Of a DNA stretch of 64,000 nucleotides, positions 56,460 to 64,000 are shown in pieces. The translations under genes were made by a program, and so were the position numbers. The notes under the pieces are model-generated. The model did not search any database and had not been told where the DNA came from. It was given only the letters and a program-made list of their open reading frames with translations. This DNA is from Asterias rubens. Lineage: Eukaryota. The DNA lies in contig NC_047064.1 of assembly GCF_902459465.1 (NCBI RefSeq), positions 16,244,001-16,308,000 on the forward strand, read 5' to 3'. Each line of letters opens with the position of its first letter. Within the stretch, counting starts at the first letter, position 1.

Positions 56460-56730
56460 GAATAACATTCTTTCAATCATTCTCAGCTCCCTGGATCTAG
56501 TATACAGCCTCGGACTTAAAGTGGCACACCAAAGGCTATTTTTGTTTCAAACACAATATCAACCTCTACCCTAGCAGGTACCCATGTATACCCCTGTGGA
56601 AGAGAAGCAATTATAGTAAAGTATCTTGCTCAAGGACACAAGTGTCATGATCAAGATTCGAACCCACCCCCGACCATAATTTGAGTTTGATGCTCAAATC
56701 CAATGTGGAACACGACAAGGCCAAATGCCG
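56460..56730 (-). mobile_element. tRNA-derived SINE (degenerate)
   Basis: ACCCTAGCAGGTACCCATGTATACCCC...GTAAAGTATCTTGCTCAAGGACACAAGTGTCATGATCAAGATTCGAACCC. Confidence 0.65.
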
Positions 56731-57329
56731 AGGTTGATACAGGACGCATACTCGATACAGTTTTCCATATTTCACGAGACGTGTGTTATAAAAAATATGA
56801 GGAGTTAGAACACAGTGTGACATAGGCCGCACAATGAAGGTTTATTTCTCACCACTTGTTGCTATGGGTCAACCATTTAGAATCAAGGATTCAAGTTTTT
56901 GTGACCAGAATGTAATTAGAGTCAATAAGAAGGGATACTGAGGAAGAACAGCTTTGCCGTTCACAATTATTTATTGATCTGGAAATTGGAAAATAGGAGA
57001 GAACAGAGTCCATTATGTGGTGTGGTCTCTCGTGAATACAATTTGAAAGTGAGTGAAATGTGAACGTGAAGCTGATGAGGTAGCAAGTGTAAACAGGTTA
57101 ATTAGCATAAATAAACGTTTCTAAGACAAACTGAATTGGCAAAAGGATAAAAAGTAAGGTAAATAATACGTTGACATTCACATGATTTTCATATCCCCTT
57201 TTGTTCATCATCTAGATCTATGAATTGTGTCTCTTTCCAAGGCCAGAAGTACTGGAATTCCCTTGATGACTCTTTAAAATAATGCATGGGTACCTACATG
57301 TTCAAGAGAAAACTCAAATGTGTTCTCTT

Positions 57330-57739
57330 AGATAATTACCATGATTGAATAGTATTATTTTCCCTTACGTATATATTACTATAGTTAACTGCTTTTGTTA
57401 TATATTATTTTTGATACAGCTTTTACCACTTTTTTACTTTTCTCTGTATATCCACCAATATAGAGAACCACTGTCTTTGTGTTTGTTTGTCCTGTTAGTG
57501 TTTGTCCATGTCTTTCCATGTGTAACTTTTTGTTGTGTTTTAAATATCCCAGGCATTGTTCTGAAATTAAACTACGTTTGTATTTACTGACATCCCTGGG
57601 GGACTCCACCCTACAAGCTTGCTTTTGGGAGTCCTCCACCACTTAATCTATTGTGTATCTTTACTACTCTATGTTATATCTTGTCATTTGAAATGATTGA
57701 GTGGAAATAAAACTGAACTGAACTGAAATGAAATGAAAC
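57330..57739 (+). mobile_element. Probable 3' end of a CR1/L2-type non-LTR retrotransposon
   Basis: GGACTCC...GGAGTCC stem, then AATAAA followed by an (ACTGA)n(AATGA)n tail. Confidence 0.45.
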
Positions 57740-58031
57740 AAAATAGTACATTTAAAGGAAAAAATAAGAAAACTTTGTGGGGTGTCTTTATAACCGTCAC
57801 ATTTGGTTGAAGGTTATTCTATAGATCCTCAATCAATCTTCCTAGACACTTGCTTTTTTGAATGCATAATCAATGTATTTTGAATTTGTCATTACTAAAT
57901 AAAGCCATTGATGCAGATGTATGAGGGTACATGTTTTTTTCAAATAAATAGGCCAAGTGGAGACGAATGTTGTTTGCCTTCTCAAAGTATGTACCTTTCA
58001 GGATGCATGTGTTATTTTACCAACCAGGCTT

Positions 58032-58150
58032 GGCATGTCATGGCCGAGCAGTTTAAAGTGCATCAGACTTAAGTTTTGATGGCTTGGCCACCAGGAGGGT
58101 GTGAGTTTAATTACAGGAAGGACAATTGGGTCCTTGGGCAAGACATTTAA
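58032..58150 (+). mobile_element. tRNA-derived SINE head (degenerate)
   Basis: GGCATGTCATGGCCGAGCAGTTTAAAG...GTCCTTGGGCAAGACATTTAA. Confidence 0.55.
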
Positions 58151-58509
58151 ATATAGCTTTTCTCTTCACGAAGAAGAAGATTGGTACCAGTGTGGTTGAG
58201 ATGGATTTCTTGTGATTGAGTTAGCTTGGTGGGTTGGACACTTGGCAGCACAGGCTGTACCCAAAATAACTCCTCTAACAACCATCACCGTCCAAACAAT
58301 CAAATTTGTATCAAAAAGACCAGACAATCAGGTACCAGTGAAGTTTAAAACGTATCACATAGACCCTTTGAGCCACACTGAACCAGTATTCACGCCTAAA
58401 CCCTGAGCAAAAATCTGCAGAAATTAACTCTTTCCTCATCACAATGTGACTAGACATTGAAGCCTAAAAGCCAGATGAAGTTTGGTTTGTATTGGACTAG
58501 TTTGCAATA

Positions 58510-58659
58510 TAATGGGAGACTTTCTGGGACAATAGAGGGCAGCAGACTTACCGGGTAAATCCATTGTTCTCAGAATTATGTGCATGTTCAGAACTACGTA
58601 AACAATGGAAATTTACCCGGTATGTCTGCTGCCACCTAGTGTTGGAAAGTCTCCTATTG
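58510..58659. mobile_element. Palindromic ~150-bp MITE whose arms each contain a CTCF-like motif
   Basis: AATGGGAGACTTTC..AGAGGGCAGCAGACTTACCGGGTAAATCCATTGTT / AACAATGGAAATTTACCCGGTATGTCTGCTGCCACCT..GAAAGTCTCCTATT; TA flanks. Confidence 0.8.
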
Positions 58660-58887
58660 TATTAGTATAATCCTCATGAGCTCAGAAATGTGTATCCTTG
58701 TGTGCCCTATAGGTAACTCAAGGGAGTTGAGATGGTTGAAGTAATTTACAAAATGGCTCAGTCACATGGGGTAATAATGTTCGAGTAACGATTTGAGAAA
58801 ACCTATGTTATTATATATCAAATATTTATAAACGGCATTTATAAGAAGGTAGTGTACCATCACCATATGATTTTCTTAAACTTTCAG

Positions 58888-59894
58888 ATAATGCATATGA
58901 AGATGCAAGCAGCTCTCCCATGAACTCCTTACAGATAACGCAATCTCCGTTCAGACCTACGAGCGGGTACGAAGATGTGACAGATTTACACAAGAACATG
59001 CCTGACCTACTCCCAGAGGCTGACGAAATCTCGCCGTACGCAACGACGGGTAACATAACTATCCACGCAAATGCCGCACCCTCTGAATATGCCTATGTAG
59101 GGGGTAAGGATCTGAAAGCATTCCAACAAGGTGGGGAGTCTCATCCTGGCGAGTTCTACGATAAACTTAACTTTTCACCGCGGGACAAGTCATCGTGTAA
59201 GCAGGCCGAAGATGGAATGTATGGAGCCCTTAAAGATGACGGTACTTATGATGATACCAGTAGCTCTCAGACAAGTGTACCGTTGTACGACGATCCAGAT
59301 TGCTCAGGGTATGCCAAAATGAGCCCATCTCTTAACAACCGAAAGGCTTCCTCCCTGAAGCATCCTAAGAATGATCTCCAATTTGACGTCCTTCACAAAA
59401 CGACATCTTTGAAATCACCACGGACTGGGGCGGCAGCTGGATCCAGCGGTACATTCGGTCGGAAGCAACCTTACGAGAATACATACGTCGACTTCGATCC
59501 CGAATCGACGCCTTCTGATGTGGAGGGTGGCACAAGTCAAGTTGCCAACCCACCTCAACCGGTCACTCAGAAATATGTGAGTCCGCCCGCTGATCCCAAA
59601 TCTCAGCGGGAAATTCCCCAGTATGCGAAGCCCATGAAACGCAAAAGCCAGCTTGAACAGCAAGAAGCGCCACAATACGCAAAGCCAATGAAACGGAAGA
59701 GCGAAACCAACAGCACAAGTCCAAGCATTCCTCAGTATGCCAAACCAAATAAGAAATCAAGCAAGGGTGGTCCGAATGGTTTTAGTGACCAATCCAAAAG
59801 CCCTCAGATGAAGAATGAAGGCGGGGCACAAGGGAGTCGACCAGGAGCTGGCTACGCCCACTTAATGCATGCAACCACGCCCAGCAAACAGTAA
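58888..59894 (+). CDS. Last exon: ~335-aa low-complexity cytoplasmic tail with 17 Tyr
   Basis: TTTTCTTAAACTTTCAG|AT AAT GCA TAT joins in phase 1 and runs into ORF 58920..59894; three PQYAKP repeats. Confidence 0.88.
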
Positions 59895-60149
59895 GTTAAG
59901 TATGTCCCAAAAGCAATTGTAGATTGCTTGCAAGTTGGTACCATGTTAAATTGTGCAAGTTTTTGTCCCAAGTTTTTCTGCAAGGAAATGAATGATTTTT
60001 GAAGAGCTTTTAGGTTTTCTAGCTTTGAAGAAAACTATGTTATGTTTTATGTATACATGTACTAGCTGTGTGATTGAAATCTCTTCATGGAATTTCAAGT
60101 GTTTGGCCAGTCAACGTGATCAAGGCCTGGTGACAGTCTTGGTTTTTTT

Positions 60150-60720
60150 TGCAGTTCCCTTTGCAATTTAGTCCCTTTGCAATATACACTCGTTGCAATT
60201 TAGTCCCCGGGACTCCCTGGTCCCCCTTTGTAGTCTGTTCACATTTCAGCCTGGTCCGTCGCTTTAGAATTTGTTCCCTCTGCAAATTAATCTCTTGGTA
60301 ATTTGGTCCCTTTTGCAGCCTGGGGTGGATTTCACAAAGTGTTAAGACTAGTCTTATCTTGAGTAAGAACGAGTAACTTACGACTAGCCTGCAGTTGTTA
60401 ATACATTATATCCTAGGACTAGTCCTAAGTTAGGACTAGTCCCAACTCTTTGTGAAATCGACCCCAGGTTCATTTGCATTCTGGTCCCTTTGCAGTGTGG
60501 TCCCCTTGCAGTTTTGGAGCAGGGCTGTACAATTTGAATAGTGTTTCCAACATCCAACAGAGCCCATCAGAGAATTCGGTCTATTTGCAGTCTGGGATCT
60601 TTGTGATTTGGTCCCTTTAGAATAGTTTCCTTTTACTGTCTGGTCACTTTACACGGGAAATCTGATGGTCCCTGTGCAATTTGGTCCCTTTGCTGTTTGG
60701 TCCAATTGTAATTTGTGTTA
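60150..60720. repeat. Degenerate ~17-bp minisatellite (TGGTCCCTTTGCAATT) interrupted by a MITE
   Basis: More than 10 imperfect GTCCC(C/T)TTGCA units. Confidence 0.65.
60319..60468. mobile_element. MITE family I (CCTGGGGTGGATTTCACAAAG TIR)
   Basis: ~21-bp TIR; AGGACTAGTCCT core. Confidence 0.75.
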
Positions 60721-62846
60721 CTTAGCTCTGACCAAATATTAAAATTGCTTTCAACAAAAAAGATTACCTCAATTTTTATTTTTAAAAATACTATTTTTAA
60801 AAATTTTGTTTTAACTATTTGTTGGTGAACTGTTTAATGTATTTTTTGTTTATCTTCTAGCGCTACCACAGATTGCTTAAAAGTGATATCGTAAGATTTA
60901 CTTCCATTGTACTTCCACAGCTTAAATTTAAGACCAAGATGGTTAGATGGTACAATTTTGGGGGGTCTTTTTTAAACCACCTTTTGCCAAAGATGTTTGT
61001 GAGTGTGTATAATGAAGTATATTCGCATATTTATTGAGTTTGTTTGTGGTCAGATATTAACAACTTTAAAAAGGGTATGTAACAAGCAGGTATAACACTG
61101 GATTATGAAGATGGTATGAAGACTTTCAGAGTGGGAAACTTCCCCCTGAAATATTTATGTACCGACTGGTAAAACGTTCTATTCTTTGTAAAAATTTGTA
61201 AAATAAGTTAGTTTTGAACCTCGCGAGTCCAAAACTCCAATATTTAATAACAATGTAAATGCAATATGCATGGGTTTTCACAATTGACACTGATCTGATA
61301 AACTACATGTATAATCAAATGTACAAATTTGTTATTATGGCCAATGAGGTCAGGTATCTTGCCTGCAAGGAAATGTCAGGTAATACATAAGGTCACTCTT
61401 GTTGTACACAATGTCACATGGTCTATTGCTGCTTCCCTTTTAAACAAGGTCAAAGGACACATTGTCCATGAGGTCAGTTGATGACTGTGATGATGACAAC
61501 AGGATGGACATGATGGTAGTTGGAAGGCTGATAACAATCAAAGACAACTAAACACAAACAACTTGCTATCTTGAACAATCCAAACACCATTTGTTAACTG
61601 TCAATAAAATACACATGTCATTGTAATCATACTTCATAAGTGTTTGTTGGTGGGTAAATGGTCAACAAATTTCAAAACGAGTTTCTACTTGAGTCGGGTA
61701 GCATTTCATAGTGAAACCTGAAAGCTTAAAGATGCTACATGTATGTCAGATTTTTTGCCGATTTTACCCAAAAACTCAATAGGTATTTTGATGGGGGTCG
61801 AGAAAGTTACAAGCTTTCATTTGAGCCATTGCTCGAAAAAGTCTGCCAGTTATGTATAGCAGAGAAATAAAGTGCTCAAAATTAGTTTTTGTCGGGATCC
61901 CGACAATATATCACGTGACCAATTCTTATGTGTTGTGTTTTATAAGAAACGTTTTTAAAAAAATTTCATGGTTCCTGACCATTAAAATTAAAGGTTGATT
62001 TCGTTAGAGCGGGTGATACTTTTGAAATACCATCACTCAAAAAAAATTTTATTTTTATTTTTGGGGCCCAAAATCTGACATAGCATCTTTAAGCTAGTTG
62101 GAGCTGTAGGCACTTGAAAAAGCGGTTAAGAAAGTCTTATTGAGTATAAATAACAAATGAAACAAACAAAAGAGTGTGGTTTAAACTTGATTATAATTAA
62201 TTTGAAAATGCATGAATACACGTACATTTAGCTGTGAGTTGTTGCTAAGAGTTTTAATTAGGAGAAAAAACATGTTTATCATGTTTCTTTCAAATATAAC
62301 ATTTTGTGCAAAACGTAGAGGGAACAGTGCTAAATAAAAAGTTTGTAAAATTAACTTTATTAACAGTAAGCAATTCATCTTGCCACGTGAAGCTTTTACA
62401 AGTAATTAATATGCATAATATATTTTATTTCACAAATTGTTATGCCAATATTTTGGTATTTCACAATTATGGTGCTTTCATTTGTTATATAATTGTCTGC
62501 TAAAATCAGTTGTTTAGCATAGCATAGTCAAATCTTTATGGTCAATTTTTATAATTAATATAATGGTTTGAATTATTTCAGTAATAGTATGCTAAAACAT
62601 GTATGTAAAATAGCTCTAAGAAATGCTTTCAGTAAACAATATGCAAATAATGTAATGAATGTTAATAAGTGCAGTGAAACTGAAAAAATTAATGTTCCAT
62701 TCAATAGTGCAAGGTCAATTTGAATGGAACATTTACGTTGAGAGGGTTATGTGACTACTTTGTAAGCTCTACCAATCCTGTATAATACCTTTAAAACAGT
62801 ACCTCAAAACTTTGGGGAAATTTCCACAAGTTGGTTGTTTGTTGTA

Positions 62847-63230
62847 TTCAAAGGCATTGGACACTATTGGTAATTGTTAAAGACTTGCCTTCACAGTTGG
62901 TGTGTCTCAACATGCATAAAATAACTAACCTGTAAAAATTTGAGCTCAATCGGTCATCCAAGTTGCGAGATAATAATGAAAGAAGAAAACACCCTAGTCA
63001 CACGGCGTTGTGTGCGTTTAGATGGTCGATTTCGAGACCTCAAGTTCTAAACATGAGGTCTTGAAATCAAATTCAATGAAAATGACTTCTTTCTCGAAAA
63101 CTTTGCACTTCAGAGGGAGCCGTTTCCCACAATGTTTTATACTATCAACCTCTCCCATTACTCGTCACCAAGAAAGGTTTTATGCTAATAATTATTTTGA
63201 GTAATAACCAATAGTGTCCACTGCCTTTAA
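62847..63230. mobile_element. TTAA MITE family A, reverse
   Basis: Ends ATAGTGTCCACTGCCTTTAA. Confidence 0.85.
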
Positions 63231-63914
63231 TGAAAACTACATGACAGGAAAAGTCTACTCTTCCAAAAAACAATTTAACATACTTTCTCTTAAATTCCAT
63301 CAAGACCAAATTATGCAAGTTGATTACATTTAGCTTCAGGTTTTGCTAAAAAAAAACATTATTAATATTAATTTATTACATTGTGTAGTGCGCCCTCTGT
63401 ATCCTAGGATGTTCGTTTATGCAAACAACAATAACAATTATGGAAGCATTCACATTTTATTACCAAAATGTTAAAAACTTAATTTGTAAGAATACTTGTT
63501 GAAAATAAATTGTGACTATTTGTACTCATATTTTTTTTTCATTTACTTTTATATAAAAACAAAATGGCAGTTATTTTCAATATAATTTAATACTGTACAA
63601 AAATAATGAATTTGCTGTTTAAATATATATACCACCGTTCTTTAAGAAAATTGTGTGCTGACCTCTCTTTCTGTTCATAGTAAAACACAGATTCTAAGGT
63701 GTCTAGTTCCTATATTTGGTCAGAAGTAGGCAGCTACATTGTGTTTGACCCTTAGGCTTGCATGGGCATTCCTATGTTTCAATATGATTCTAATAACAGG
63801 CATAATATTCTTTCTAATTTTTGGTCTGTTTTCCGATTTTGTTTTGCAATCGGAAAAATAAGAATTTTTTATTAATAATGCCTGCAATAAATCCTGGTGA
63901 TGTACTTGCTACAT

Positions 63915-64000
63915 TGAAGGAACACGTTGCCTTGGATCCGACGAGTTGGTCTTTGAAAATTGTTGAAACGGTTTGTTATAAAATGCACGGTTAGATGAAT
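63915..64000. mobile_element. Left end of a second family F foldback element, cut by the window edge
   Basis: AAGGAACACGTTGCCTTGGATCCGACGAGTTGGTCTTTGAAAA. Confidence 0.75.

Noticed and set aside
2238-63204. Recurring short ORFs (2238, 6758, 29894, 32803, 45058, 47815, 50489, 63022 and similar)
   Set aside because: They are chance frames within family A MITE copies; they recur because the MITE recurs, and show no transposase motifs.
1-64000. Autonomous transposase, rRNA, or prokaryotic/viral genes
   Set aside because: No long ORFs exist other than the GPCRs and the receptor exons, and no motifs for these were seen.

Overview
AT-rich eukaryotic (animal) genomic DNA with spliceosomal introns and dense short DNA-transposon (MITE) content. 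The repeat landscape and receptor type suggest a marine invertebrate deuterostome such as a sea star; this is an inference, not a database result. Three gene-level elements are visible. (1) At 0.3-2.8 kb (minus strand), a compact gene for a ~146-aa secreted protein (TATA box, signal-peptide exon, main exon, probable terminal micro-exon) that the ORF track shows only in fragments. (2) At 7.6-40.5 kb (minus strand), a tandem cluster of single-exon class A (rhodopsin-like) GPCR genes with very short N-termini: five intact ORFs and six pseudogenes or relics in three coding subfamilies. The cluster shows segmental duplication, local sequence homogenisation and shuffling of 5' flanks between subfamilies, as expected of a chemoreceptor-like birth-and-death family. 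(3) At ~42.8-59.9 kb (plus strand), a multi-exon single-pass receptor with EGF/laminin-EGF (MEGF10/Draper/SCARF-like) repeats and a 17-tyrosine cytoplasmic tail; its likely upstream Cys-rich exon carries an in-frame stop. Between these are about 17 copies of one TTAA-flanked MITE family, other TTAA families that nest and chain at shared TTAA sites, TAG...CTA elements with 9-bp TSDs stacked in tandem at one 9-mer, tRNA-derived SINEs, a Helitron-like 3' terminus and a 47-bp hairpin minisatellite. No autonomous transposase, CRISPR array, rRNA or true tRNA gene was found.
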